From Vermamoeba vermiformis (Eukaryota), in NCBI GenBank assembly GCA_045837725.1, contig JBEWZL010000202.1:372001-436000 (forward strand): a stretch of DNA of 64,000 nt, read 5' to 3'. The translations under genes and the position numbers were made by a program. Within the stretch, counting starts at the first letter, position 1, and each line of letters starts with the position of its first letter. Shown piece by piece: positions 38,385 through 51,648 of the stretch. The notes under the pieces are model-generated. The model was not told where the DNA came from and did not search any database. It saw nothing but the letters and a program-made list of their open reading frames with translations.

Positions 38385-38739
38385 ATATAACTGTCTATCA
38401 CCCTATTCTATATTCTATTTATGTATGTATTCTTTATCACTTGCAACGCACACCGGTCATTTCAATCAATTTTGGCAAATAGAGCCGTATTTTTATCACT
38501 TTCTTGATCTTCAAAGGATCAAGGCTGGTACTAACGGTCTGTTTAACTTAGGACTAAAGATCCAGTCAGTTCAAGCAGTACCAATAGTCACCATAGTCAT
38601 AGTCATCACCATTAGAATAGAGCGACGAGATTGTAAATAAAACTAAATTTTTTCAACGGCAGATGTGCATCGGTGTTTTGTGAAATGAAAATTTACAAAA
38701 CTATGATTAGTATTCTCGTACAAAACAACAAAGATTAAA

Positions 38740-40267
38740 TTAAGCGGCCACTGGTGAGGCAACGGGAGTGGAGGGTGACAAAGGCGTGGTCTTAGTGCCG
38801 TTCCAAGACTGGATCAAGATCATCCAACTGATCATCAAATAGAACAAAAACACGGGGTAAGTCGCCAAAGCTTTTCTGTTAGGCGGCACCATGCCTGCAA
38901 AGAATCCAATCGATGCTAAAGTAAAATACCAAATGTCAGAGATCCGATCCAAGACACGTGATCCAACGAATTTGGCATTACTATAGTGTTGTACTTACAT
39001 AATGTAGACCATACAAAGCCAACAGCCACGCACACGAGACGGAAGATTTTGTTGGTCCAGAACGACGTGACAATTGTGGCTATAACTAGCGGGAATATAC
39101 AATAGCCTAGTAGACAGACACTTTGGAAGAACGATCTAAATAACAACACGTATTAATAATAGGCATAATATATATATGATAGTTAAGTGACTCCTTATTG
39201 AAAATATAACGCTTATTGAAATTTCGTAAAATCGAAATTTTTGACGTCAGGATTAGATCCAACTTGATTATGGTACAGTAGCAAGTACTCATATTGATAT
39301 TAATAATATAGCATGTAGGTACTTACGCGTTACCACCAAGCAAGTAGCAGTTGATAGTGATGATAAAGGCTCCAACCCACACGATGACAAAAGCGACTGC
39401 GAACACGAGTGACGCGTCTTCAGCCGGTGCTTCAACGTACAAAAATCTGTTCAAACACTACATTAGCACCATATATTACTATTAATAGTGGAGTAGTTTA
39501 AGTATTGTAACTATTTATCGTTAATGAGGTCGAGACCAGGATCCCATAATAGGACGGGTATTGTATTATATTTAATAGGGACCGTAGTAATGACGTATAA
39601 AGACGCGCGATGACTTACACTGCTAAAACTAAACAGAAAAGTAACGGGCCCCATAAATCCCCTACAAAGTTATTACATGTCAGTAGCGTCTTACGAATAT
39701 GATGCCATGGCGTATGATATTAATAAGGAGATACTATATATGGTAAAATTGAACGTACAATCTCTGAGGGCTTCAACACCGCGTGAGTGATGGCTCCAAA
39801 CTCGAGGAACTAAAACGTGGAACAATTTGACACCGATCCGCTTCAGATCTCGACCCTAATATTCCATAAAGTGTTAATAATATGTATTATAGCGATATGT
39901 TGCTGTAACAGAGTAATAAGTGCATTGGATGCGGAGATCGAAATTTAATACGAAAAAGCGCAACCAAAAAATAATAGAGCTGCATAATGCGATAATTATT
40001 CATGCATAAAATATTTTGAATATTAATTTGTATGATCTCGAAATAAATTTGCAACTAGGGAAAAACAGAAACATAATCCAATAAAATACGAAAAATAATA
40101 AATAATTTTCCATAGCACCCCAGACTGATCAATTATTGATAATTACTATTACGTACAATAGTAACATATACTGGTTCGACTAAAGTAGTTTCTTCTAACT
40201 GTTCTGGTGGGATCACTTGTTGAGGCTCAGGTTGTTGAGTCTGAGATGCAAAGTCAAATATCGACAT
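38740..40267 (-). CDS. YIPF6: Yip1-domain protein (YIPF6-like)
   Basis: TLVEPVYVTI..RDLKRI, ALRD|WDLWGPLLFCL, SFFQSVCLLGYCIFPL, RKALATYPVFLFY. Confidence 0.85.
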
Positions 40268-40537
40268 TATGAATACGGCCCACTAAATACACGTTATGCA
40301 ACTATAAAATAGTGTGCTATACACTGATAAATAATATACAAATAAATGTCTACATTAATTTTTCAGTTTTTCGTCTTTCGCGTTAGAACGAACAACTAGT
40401 ATGCAACAAATAGCCAATCAAATTATATTACAATAGAGTATCAAACATACATCGCTAAATTTTGGATCCATCCAACAAACTGTTTATTTGACGCGTTGTG
40501 TGAGAAAAGATCTACTCACCCAAGCGTTACTACGGGC

Positions 40538-41143
40538 CTATTTTTTTACAGTAGACAACCCCTTAACGCAGAAATTTGGTGCGGCTAGCCAAATGTACAG
40601 GCGAACGAGGTCACAACAATTTTTATCCTCAGATTTGCCTTTGATCCAAGCTCGCAATTCCTCTTGTTTCGGCAAGCGCCATTCTGGCAGCGATCCCTTG
40701 CAAAAGCGTATTAATCCACCTTCAGATAGGCGAAGGTCGTCAGGCAATGCGTGGTAGCAGTTCCAAATCACCTTGCTGCCGGCGTATCTCAAAGAAAAAG
40801 CTGCTGGGTCTGAGCTGTGCAATGCTTCTTGCTGATAGTCAATGTTTCCATACTTAAAATAATAGCAATCTTCTGGAGGAACTGGGTTAAGAAAGAAATC
40901 AACCTCGGTTATTTCTTTGCGCTGCTCGTCATCCGGATCAGGAGGCAACAAATGCGCATTTTCTTGCTTCCAAACCATACGATCAATATTAATAGCAATT
41001 CTGTATTTGTGGTATTGCATGAACATTTCGTCGTTTTCTTGCATCGTGAGGGTTTCGCGCGATTCCAGATACTGCACTCGCTCAAATATGCGGCGAAGCT
41101 CGTCTGAAGAAGGCTCGTACTGTGGAATATTATTTGAAGTCAT
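40538..41143 (-). CDS. Hypothetical protein (201 aa from ATG 41143; the frame is open further upstream to 41413)
   Basis: Long uninterrupted ORF in an AT-rich background. No family recognised. Confidence 0.55.
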   Translation of the reverse strand: MTSNNIPQYEPSSDELRRIFERVQYLESRETLTMQENDEMFMQYHKYRIAINIDRMVWKQENAHLLPPDPDDEQRKEITEVDFFLNPVPPEDCYYFKYGNIDYQQEALHSSDPAAFSLRYAGSKVIWNCYHALPDDLRLSEGGLIRFCKGSLPEWRLPKQEELRAWIKGKSEDKNCCDLVRLYIWLAAPNFCVKGLSTVKK

Positions 41144-41464
41144 GGCTGGAATGCGTTTTGTGCACTCGGCATAAGAAAACAAATGGTACCAACCACCACA
41201 AAATAATTTTTTACTGTAACAGATCTGCAAATTGACGGAAGTTTGCATAAATTTGTATGATAGTGTTCCGTTTCTTCTTCGGCATGCCGACTTGGTAGTC
41301 ACGGGCCTATGCGATGACTCGGCACTGATGCATGGAAAGTTGTTTTTAAGTAATATCATTGGTGCGATCGAGGCTGCATCCGGACTTTCATTCATCTCAA
41401 CGACCACGCCCAAGCCCTATTTCTATTGTGAACAGGTGTTTATAATAATGTTTGTACAAGAAGC

Positions 41465-42443
41465 CTATTCGAATAGTTTACATGACGTCAAAACGAACGT
41501 CGAGATCCGATCGTTACAAAGAGTTCGCGATGACTTCAAATCCCTCGCCAATTCTAGTAAATCTACGTACGATATGATTAATTTGAAAATCGGTATATAA
41601 TATTGATAAATAAATATGGACTCGGTTCTTTCTTCAATTTCTGAATGACGGTGTTGGCCAAGTCAGTGAACTTTTTTATCGCTGCTTTGCGCGACTTATT
41701 GTGCTCTTCTTTTTGCCAAACTGGCATGTCGACTGCTTTGGCGGCACCGAATACTACGTAATCGAGAAGCAGATCCCACTCGCCGGAGGCTTTAATCTCG
41801 TTTGCTTTACCAACTAGATTTTTCTATAATAGAATTAGTATAAAACAGGGCCGTTTCGGTATAATAAAATAATTAAATAATAATAATAATTAAAATATTT
41901 ACCTTAAAGGTAGCGAGTCTTCCAGCTACTCGGTTATGCGCGTACGTGTCACGATTGGATCCGTACTTATTGTAAGGAAAGGCCTTCTCATAATCACGCT
42001 CGAGCTTATTAATCTCTTCTTTAATCTTATCTAGTGTTGGTTTCGGGGCACTAGCAGATAAGTAGTCCACGATCTCCGGATGTTTTTCTGCAGCGGCTGA
42101 AATAAGGTCTAAAATTTCTTCTTTGCTCAAAACCTTTAATTTACTACGAAATAAGTTATATTATGCCGTCGGATAATTTTAAATAAAATTTTCCCATTCG
42201 TAGAATTTCCCCGTCATTATCTGGCTAGAGTATAAATACGTGTAATCACTTTTTACCATTAACTTACGCTAAATTAGGATTATTTTTCTTTCTTTTCTTT
42301 GGAGGAGGCTTCGTAACATCTTCGCCTACGTTTTCTGCAATGTCGAGCTGCAGATCCTCGTTGTCCCCGCCGGTCAGATCGAGCTCGCCTTGTTCGTCGA
42401 ACGAGGCATCGTCGTCTACTTGCGCTCTCTTTCTCTTGCTCAT
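41465..42443 (-). CDS. STS1: Cut8/Sts1 nuclear proteasome tethering factor; 3' end uncertain (41465-41580)
   Basis: N-terminal NLS-like KRKR/KKRKK; LSKEEILDLI..AEKHPEI..APKPT..AFPY..YAHNRV; W.LLLDY..MPVW.KEEHN. Confidence 0.7.
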
Positions 42444-42543
42444 GTTGTTGCTCGTAACGAGTTATTTTGATAATCACCCCACAAACCTGTCAAAAACACT
42501 TCAAGAAAATTGACACATTTGAGCGAAATAATCAAAGTATTTA

Positions 42544-43788
42544 CTATTTTTTCTCGTCCAACATTTCACGGCCCGTTAAAACAGCCATGAAAGCTGGTAC
42601 GTCACAACGGATCGAAATAAAAGTGTTTGTGCCTTCTTTCAACCTTGAGCCCCAGTCAGTCTTAGTAGTATGGTATATTTCTACTTCTTTCATTTCGATG
42701 ATTGTAGGATCGATAGCGACGCACGCAGCAAGTGGATCGTGCAGCGCTTTGCCTTTCGGATTTTTCTCTAGATAGACTTGCATTGCTTTATAAAATAGAC
42801 TAAAGCCTATAATAATATTCCGTTAGTCATATCGGGGGATTATTATATGAATCGTCTATCAACGTACCTGGATGACTGTTGTCCTTGTAAGGCTCTAAAA
42901 TATTATGCCATTCAGGCGTGTAGATAATGCCGTGCGTTACATTTTTCGATACGCATATTCGATGTGAAATTCGCGGGTCCGATAGACACATTTCTGCTGC
43001 GAGATAATTTCCTCCAAAATTGGCTGTCGGACAGGTTATTTTTCCGACAAATTTTGCTAGCCTAAAAGTGAATAGGCGTATAAGATATAATGTCTCAATA
43101 TTATATATATGATGTATAATATATACGTACCTATATTCTTCGGGCACAACATTGTCACCGGCAAAAGCACCTTGCGCGACCCATCGATGGATCTTGACGT
43201 CGGGATAAAGTTTCAACAGCTCGCCCATGTTATGTAACGCTGCACCTGTGATCACAGTGGCGTTGGGATAGTCTTTGAATGCTTGATATAAGATAGCGGC
43301 GCCTAGACCGTCTGGCTCCTCGGGCTCAACATTGCCTAGCACACGATAGTGAAATGGCGAGACACAACTCTTGCCGTGGAATGGATTGAAAGAACCAACG
43401 GGCACATTTTTCATCTTTAATAGGCCTAACGTGTGCTTGACTATGCCGACTTGATGCTTCGAACTAACAAAAATAAATTTTAGTACCGACGGCTTCGAAC
43501 AGATGTATCACAGTGACGTACCCTGGTTGGATCGTAACGGCTCTTAAATTGACTTTAGGATGTGTACATAATATACAGAGCATTAGGAAGTCATCGGGAT
43601 CGTTTGTTTCCATGTCAACTGGATTTGAAAAAAAATAATAAATTGAAATCAGCCCTCGTGCCAACTGTAATAACACTAAAATACGTATCACTGTTTATAC
43701 GATTTTGTATAGATTATATTATTATTTACTTCTCGATTGTCTATTTCGACTTACGGATGACATCTAGTTTCGCGTTGTTCTTTTCCAT
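42544..43788 (-). CDS. Inosine/uridine-preferring nucleoside hydrolase family protein
   Basis: Spliced VILDMETNDPDDFL (Asp-rich N-terminal motif), TGAALHN, QGAFAG, NFGGN, KALHDPLA. Confidence 0.8.
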
Positions 43789-44215
43789 TCCAAATTAATG
43801 TAGGTGATGTGCTACTACGTTCACTTTGAGTTGATTAATAAAAACCGCGATCTACATGTTCTGCGTTATTTCTCTTTCTTCGCTTTTTCCTTTGTTGCGC
43901 TAATAATTTTCTCTTGTTGACCACGATCACAACGCAAGTAAGGCTCGCTCCAAAATATCGCTTTCTTCTTCGTTCTAGCTCGAGCGACTGAATATGGCCC
44001 AATTGAATTGTAAGATCAGGTAACTCTATTGATGTTCTCCCGATGCCCAAAAATTTTGCTTGATGAATTACGTTGCAGAATTTAATCGAAATTATCGTAA
44101 TTTACGTAATAATAAAGTTAGTTGTCGGTCGCTCATCCGCGCTTTTTTTGGCTACAAACTACTCACGAGTGCTTCACTAACATCACCAAATTTAGCTTTA
44201 TTAAGGTGAAAGATA

Positions 44216-45749
44216 TTACACCTTGCAAGTGCTGATGTCTGCGAATCCAATTTTGGAGTTAAACGGATCAAAAGCAAAATTGAATCCTTGTATGAAGACT
44301 GAACCAAGTGCTGGGGTGTAGATTGGCTGGACTGGCTGAACTCCAAGACAATAAGTATTGCCAACAGGCATCAGATAGTAAGAAGGTGATAAGACTAGTG
44401 GCTTGATGTCAGTGATGTAGAACGTCATGCTTGGAAAAGCTGCAATGTCACTGGCGGTCATTGAGAAGCACACGCCATCCAGCAAACCCTTGCCCTTGGG
44501 GACATCACACACTCCCACTAACTTGACAGTGGCACACATGTCGTACAGAACTTTCGCAAACTTGTTGAAGACAGGAGGATAAAATGAGATTGTGATAGCT
44601 CCTGTGTCAATTGTTGTCTGAGAGTAATCACTTGCAGTGTGGCCAATGGAAACTCCATTAACAGTAACATTCTGGATATCAACTACAAGGTGTTAGAATT
44701 AAGCACTTAAGTCACTGAATAGTTGTACCAAAATTGCCGTTGACAAAATTTCCCCATTCATAAGAATAGCCAGGTCCTGTCAGATCCTCTCCAATAGTCA
44801 AATGAGCACCCTCAGGTAACAAACACACGGCAAATGTTGTTGGCAGTTGATTCTTGAATGTCCATTCGATAAAGGGTGATGGTCCTACAAACATAACATT
44901 ACAAATTGCCAGTTGCAATGAAGTTGCCTACCATTCCAGTCACTAACCAGTTGTGTATTGAAGCCAATCATGCCATCCATACCTGGCTAAAGTAATACAA
45001 GTTAGAACAAGCTTGGATCTGAGAAAGTATGCTTACTGGTACAAAGTCTGGGTAAGCTGAATACAATGAACCCACTGATACAGGGACAGTATCACCAGCC
45101 CAGTACAGAGTGTCCATGTACAAAGTACCATTTGCAGCCTCTGCAGCCTGTTAAAAGTTAATCACTGCTCACAAAGACCACTAAGTCTTACGTAGCTGGT
45201 TTGAATGAGGCAAGAATCCTTAGGACCACAATCACAGCTTTAGTGAGAATTAATACCAAATAATCACTTTGGATCTACGTTATTCACTTACAAAAAAAAA
45301 TAAGGGGGTCCAACGGTGCAATTGACTGGACGAGCTGTTTTTACCGACAAATTAGAGGGGTTAAAATAATTGGTACGTTGCTCTTACCGGAAGAACTAAC
45401 TTTTGGATTGTAACGGTGGGGACTTGGCTGACAATCTGTGCAGGTCTTGTCGAATAATACGAGATCGGCGGAGAGCGTTTGCAAGCACAAGTTGTACTTA
45501 ACGGGTGGTGTACCAACTGCGTACGTAAATTAAAAAATAATTAAAATCGACGATTATTTAATTATCAATTTAATTCCGAGTAGAATGAAGCATACTTTTA
45601 ACTGGAAGGTAATATTGCCCAAAGCTAGGTCCGTACACAGGAAGATTGGCGAGCTCGATCGGATTCAGCTCCCTTTTCATAACTGGAAACTTGTAGCATA
45701 GCACGCTGCTGATGCAGCAAAGGAAGATTAATAAGAATACTCGTTTCAT
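44216..45749 (-). CDS. Secreted pepsin-family (A1) aspartic protease homologue with a degenerate first catalytic motif
   Basis: Signal peptide MKRVFLLIFLCCISSVLC, YYLPVK.VGTPP, MDGMIGF, FAVCL, IDTGA, FPSMTF, LGSVFIQGF..AFD..IGFA. Confidence 0.8.
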
Positions 45750-46499
45750 GCTAAAAGCGAACAATCTAATATAAAGATTACGTACAAATTTTGGTCCTGA
45801 TTCCATCTTTCTTGCTTTTTTCTGATCTGAAATGATCAGAGAATAGTCGCGGCGAGGTTGAAAGCAATATTCATCGATACAACGACGGATGACGACTTCA
45901 TGTAGCTCTTCGGTAATAATTGTACTGCGGTATTTTCTGATCGAGAGTCAATTTCTGATTAGCTGAGCACAACGATGGTGTAGCGTAATTACCTATTGAA
46001 TTCGGTACCAAATTGTTTTTGTAATGTAGTCATTCTTATCTATGCAACGGACGCTAAACTTCGACGACGTATCATTAACCTTTCGCTGCTGTAGTTCCCC
46101 GAGAGATGCTGTACAATTTTAATACAAATAACTTTCAGCGCATATATACGGCGTTGATGCTACACCTATTTTTGGGAAACAAGATCATTTAATTTAATTA
46201 TTTTCAGATTAGATTTGGAGATGAAGGTCTAACTCGAACGACCTTGACAATTAGTGCCAGAATTATTACAAGCATTAATATTTGGCTTGTGCAGCTAATT
46301 ACATACGTGTTAATGTTCGAACATGTCATACAAAACTTTCCTCGGGCCGCATCTACCGTGGAATCCTTCAGCTTCGTGTATCTACCGCGCTGTTGCACTA
46401 TCAACAACCGAAAATAAAATAAATAGTGCTTCGTTGGGTTCTAAGGCGCGTGTGTTTCGAGAATGCATTATTTTTTGTTGAGAGACAGACAAACACAAA

Positions 46500-48855
46500 A
46501 TGTCCAACGTAGGCCAATCGGTATGAAGAAAATAGCATATTGCGATCAAATATTAATGTATTGATGCACAGGTGAGCAAAGCCTTTGGCTCTGTGTTTTC
46601 GCTGTTTAAAAGTTTGGTCCAATCTCCCGAGGAGATCGAGGCCGAACGAAGGCAAAAGGAGAAAGAAGAAAAGGAGCGAATAGAGAAGCAAAAGCAAGCA
46701 GAGAAAAATAATAGGTTAGCACGAAATTTTCATGGCGTAGATTTAGAATTATTTTTATTTTCAAATTATTCTTATTTATAATTGCTAAATTACAAGCATT
46801 CGTCTGTAATTATGGTATATATTTTTTTTTAGGCCCCAATAATTATTTTAGTGCTATTTTGCATTTTTTCAAATTTCCTTTTGTTTTTCTTTTCGCATTT
46901 ATGGGTCAGAAATTTTTATAGCAAATCCATCTATAGTATAGAAGATGAATGGGTTCTAATACCGCGAAGTCAAAAAACGAAAAAGGCGCAGCAAGTTATT
47001 TCGCAACAAGATCTGCTCAACAGCTTAAAGACATTGCCGCCAAGCATCGTAGGCGAGGTAGTAGAGCGCCAAGACAAAAAAATTTTGGAGCAACTTGTTA
47101 GCGACGAGCCGCCCTTGAACGACAACGACGAGAACAAGAAATTCTATAAAAAGCAAATTGATTTTGTCAAGCTAAACTTAGGTACGCACAAACCGAAAAA
47201 TTACGACCGTTCGATTTTAATTAAATTTAATGATCAGATCTCGTTCGACAAAGGGCGTGGGCACAAGGCATTCATTTCTCAGTGCGACCAGTGATTTGGA
47301 AAGTGTTGTCAGGTGCTTATCCGATTTACTGCTTCACGCATCGAGCAGTGTTGTACGAGCGATATTCGTTCTACGACCTGCATTTGCAAGATTACTCGAT
47401 TAAAATCACTGGTCAAAGATCTGCTAAAGCCGAGTTCAAGAACACTTTGCTAGGCATGGTGAGTATAAAGACCAATATTGTTACCTCTTTTACTTACACT
47501 TTAATGCAGATCCGCATTTCAATGAACAACACTGCCTTGCGAATTCCCGAGTTCAAAAATAAGAGCTTATCAGAGGTTCGTATGAAAGCCAAATACGCTG
47601 TGAATAACGTTATTAATAACTTGTGTTATTTCAGCTGATTGAAAGGATTGTATTCATCCTCGCCAAAGACACGACCATTCACGCGACATTTATCGACAGC
47701 TTGTCACAACTGATACTGCCCGTGTTGTTCGTACTGACCGGCGTCGAACAAAAGATGCAAGAAGAAAAGCGCAAGAGAAAGCAAGAGCTGCTTGATGAAG
47801 ACGCACAAGTCAAAAAGAACACTAGCGAATCAGCGGGCAAGTCTGGCGAGTCACCGACACTTTCACCAAACGAACCCAAGTCTCCACGTAAGTCCAAGTT
47901 AATCTTTGCATATATTCTTGCTAACCCCGTCGTTACTATAGTAGGCAAGTCGGGTGAGAAGTCAAATTATTTCTTGACGATGGCACTGGAGGGCACTTTG
48001 AACGCAGAACAGTTGAAAGACATGGAAGTTGAGGTGTATTATGTGCTCGAGAACTTCATCGATAGGTATTATCGAGAACACTTGCAAATAGCTCCTACTA
48101 TCATTGTGTCGCACTTTGTGCAACTCTTACAATTACTGGATGGTAAGTCTCATTTTAATACTCGATCCGCGATCCGGTTACAAGAAGGGATCTCACTGCA
48201 GCTCAAAGGCACTCTCGCCTTTGCGCATGTCAATGTACCTTATACTAACGACGGTTCAATTATAGAGCCATTGTACAATCACTTCAGGAAGTTTGAGATC
48301 TCGTTCCTGAGCTACATCTACCCGTGGTTCCAAAACTTCTTGATCCGCGAGTTTGAAAAGGTTTCGTTGACAGTACAAATATGGGACAGAATGTTCGGCT
48401 ACATCGGCACCACTAAGCATGGCTTGACCAAGTTCTACATGTGCTTCATCGCTTCTGTCTTGATCCAGTTCAGCGACAAGTTTAGAGCCCTCGACAACTC
48501 TGAAGCCGTAACGAATATGCTGTGCAATATGCCGGTGTCAGACATGTCTTATAGAGCAGTAGATCAACTCATCAACAGAACTGTGACGATGATCAATAGC
48601 AATGAGAGCGTGCAGAAGATCTTGACCGCGTTCGAATCTGCTGCCACACCAGGCGGTGCACCGCTTGCCTCAGACAACGCGAACAATAACAACAACACTA
48701 ACGTGCCCGCAGAGGTAGCCCACACCACCACTAATGAAGGAGGTAGTTTCATGGACAACGCATCTGCATCTACACTGCTAGCAAGCACAGCCGAGGATCT
48801 TGATTATAAACTGGGAGAAAACAACACGAATGTACTCCCAAACAATAATAATTAA
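46500..48855 (+). CDS. TBC (Rab-GAP) domain protein, Gyp1/TBC1D22-like, with degenerate catalytic fingers
   Basis: RPVIWKVLSG, ERIVFI, LILPVLFV, VEVYYVL, LYNHF...WFQNFLIREF...QIWD...YMCFIASVL. Spliced start MSNVGQS|VSKAF. Confidence 0.75.
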
Positions 48856-48967
48856 GACCAGTTTGTTCATTTGTAAATTAGATCTTTGTAAATAAAGCGA
48901 TGAAATTTAAAAGTGTCGTGTAACGATCAGACAGTTATTATTTCAGATCTGCCAGAGATAACACAAT

Positions 48968-49588
48968 ATGTCCCTAAGTATTTTACTAAGGTCAGCTCGC
49001 TCTGGTTGGGGTCGATTAATGCAATCGAGCACTGCACCTCTCACCCGTGCTGGTGAAAAATGGAGAGAAAGTCAAGGGATTGGACGATCTGGCAACGAGG
49101 ACGGACCTCTGCACGATTTATCAGATTTCCATTTCGCAGGTAATTATTATTAGTGTAATTAAGAGGTCCAGAATAGAGAAGGCAAAGCAGGATCAATATT
49201 TGAAAAAAATTAAATAATGACTTCAATAATATCTATTATTTAAAATACGCTAAAAAATATTACAGCAGTTATACGATATTTTTATAAATATTATTGAGGC
49301 GCTATTATTATTTTTAAAAATGATTTTAAAATATTTTGGTCAGATGGTACTCCTGCCCCCGAAACAAGAAAGCAAAAAGTATGGAAATACAAGCGATTGG
49401 CTGTTGTCGATAGATTAGAACAATTAGAAGAAGAAATGAAACAATTACACGAAGAATGGGCTGAGTTCGATAAAAACCGTGAGGAGATCGAGTTGGCTCG
49501 TGCAGCTGAAGAGGCTAAATACAAAAAGCCCGTTACAATTATTAAACCCGCTAAGAAGAGATCGAGCAAGAAGCCCACCATTAAATAG
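48968..49588 (+). CDS. MRPL52: Mitochondrial ribosomal protein mL52
   Basis: Presequence followed by AGEKWRESQGIGRSGNEDGPLHDLSDFHFA|DGTPAP, matching the mL52 WR..G...GPL.DL.D..FADG.PAP motif. Confidence 0.75.
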
Positions 49589-49850
49589 ACAAAATTAGTG
49601 AGGGAAATAAAAAATCAAAAAATAATAGATCATGATCTGATGTCGACGCTCATCGATATCAGCCCGTAAAATGCGCTATCTATAACTTGTACAAAGCTAA
49701 TAAAAAATTAAATATAATTAGGCGCTTTTATGAGCTCGCGTCAGTCTGACTGACAATTTTTGTTTGCCGCTCAAAAGGACACAATGAAGCTCCAATATTA
49801 ATAACAAAATAGCTTCATCTTAATACTTATTTATCTCTCACGTATTGCAA

Positions 49851-51648
49851 ATGGAATCGAGGGATATAAATGAACGGATCGCTTACTGGCGAACTATGTG
49901 CGAGAACTGGGCGGGCACAAATGATTCAAAACCAGAGCACTATATTAACAATATTCAAGAATTTCTTATGGCCCTAGTCTCGGTATTGTATTTATGCTGC
50001 TAATTATTCTATCAATTTTGAAATATTTCTTGATCCGTCTAACTTGCTTCTGCGCAGGAATTTGCCAAAGTCAAAATAGAAGAAATTCCTAAACGATTTC
50101 CACAAGCTGGACCGGTGCTGAACAAGTTTTTCCATTTGAACGCTGTCAGATCCAACACGATTACTTCCTCGCTGTTATTACGCTGTGTGTATTACTTTAC
50201 CAAGAAATCAACTCCTGCATTGGAAGAAAGGTATTAACATCTCGTTAAATACACAAATTAGAGACCTTACCGATTGTTCACTAGGGGTTTGAACTGGGCC
50301 GCACAACGGATCAAGTCAGTTCATAATACCGTGAAGCACACTAACATCGAGAGGATGTGGACTATTCTTGGATTCTCAAATAGCACCGTCTTTCAAGCGA
50401 ATATAGCTCATCAAGCACGAGAACTAATGATCAAGTTAGATCTGTTTGAAAGCAAATTACCCGTAAGTTACTGGAACAGTGCGACGTTCTGCGTTAAGCA
50501 CAAGATACTAACGCGTTCTTAATAAGACTATGAACACTTTTACTGCCCGTAAAGTGCTGCGTGAACTGTCAGAGAACATGATCCCGCTGCTCGATGACGA
50601 GGCTTATTGGCCACTTGCTGAACGAATCATCGCATGTCCTGGGACCTTATTAACGACGAATAGCACTACACTTGGTGACGAGGCATCAGCTGAAAGCATG
50701 GACATCATTGAAGATGAACGAGACACGCGTCAAGAAAGCGATTTGATGGCCATGGAAAACTTGGGGCTAACTAAAGTTCGTAGAACTAAGGAGAGCAATC
50801 CGCTGGATTTACCTATTGGTAGTATTGGTACGTATAAGAATCATATGAGTTGTCAGTAGTTGAGGACTAAAGCTGTCGTGGCACGCAGATTCACAAAAGA
50901 TCCACGGCCCAACACAAGAAGAAGCGTTTGATGACTTGCATCCACAATTCTTGAAGCGAATATTGGCAGCTGATTTGTACGAGAAATGCACGGGAAATAC
51001 AAAGGCAGTATTGTGGACTAAGTACCCGTCGATATTTTACGATGAGGTAAGATGATTACAGGGCTACACTACAAGGCTGTCACACTATGAGGAGACTTAC
51101 TAACGATATTAATATCATTACTCAGGTTTATGGTATTATCGAAGATGCGATGAGCAATGTTGATGTTAGGAGCCGAGTTCAGAGCATGACAGCGGTGTTC
51201 TGCTACAGACCAGCGCTGTTTCATTATGTGATCAGGTATGACATTGGCAAACACTAACACGTGGCATGGAAGCTTCTATGAACTGACTTTACGTCTTTGG
51301 ATACTGATGAGTTTACTTGCCACGTGCCTTTCGACTTAGTACTAACTTTTCTTAGCGTGCTTCGTGCACTATTCAAAGATACGCAACATCGTACTGTCGT
51401 AAAGATCTGTCGATTGTTTTTGGCGGCGCTCGTTTCCTCATTAAATTGCAAAAACCCTGCCGCAGGCCTGGATTTGGTAAAATTAATCCTCGATTCCGTA
51501 AAAATGCCATTATAACTTTCAAAACTAACATAATTTCTCGTCTTTACAGTTCTTCAACGCAGATCAAGTCAGTTTCGTGCAACAGATCGGGTTCGGAAAA
51601 CCCGCGAACGATCGTCAAGTCATTTCAATCCTAACGAGCTACAAATAG
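49851..51648 (+). CDS. FANCC: Fanconi anemia group C (FANCC)-like protein, multi-exon
   Basis: Colinear similarity to the human FANCC N-terminal half as I recall it: IAYW..ENW, IQEFL, KRFPQAGPVL, LLLRCV, LNWA, ILGF, ELSENMIPLL..WPLAERIIAC, LHPQF..VLWTKYPS. Confidence 0.6.
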
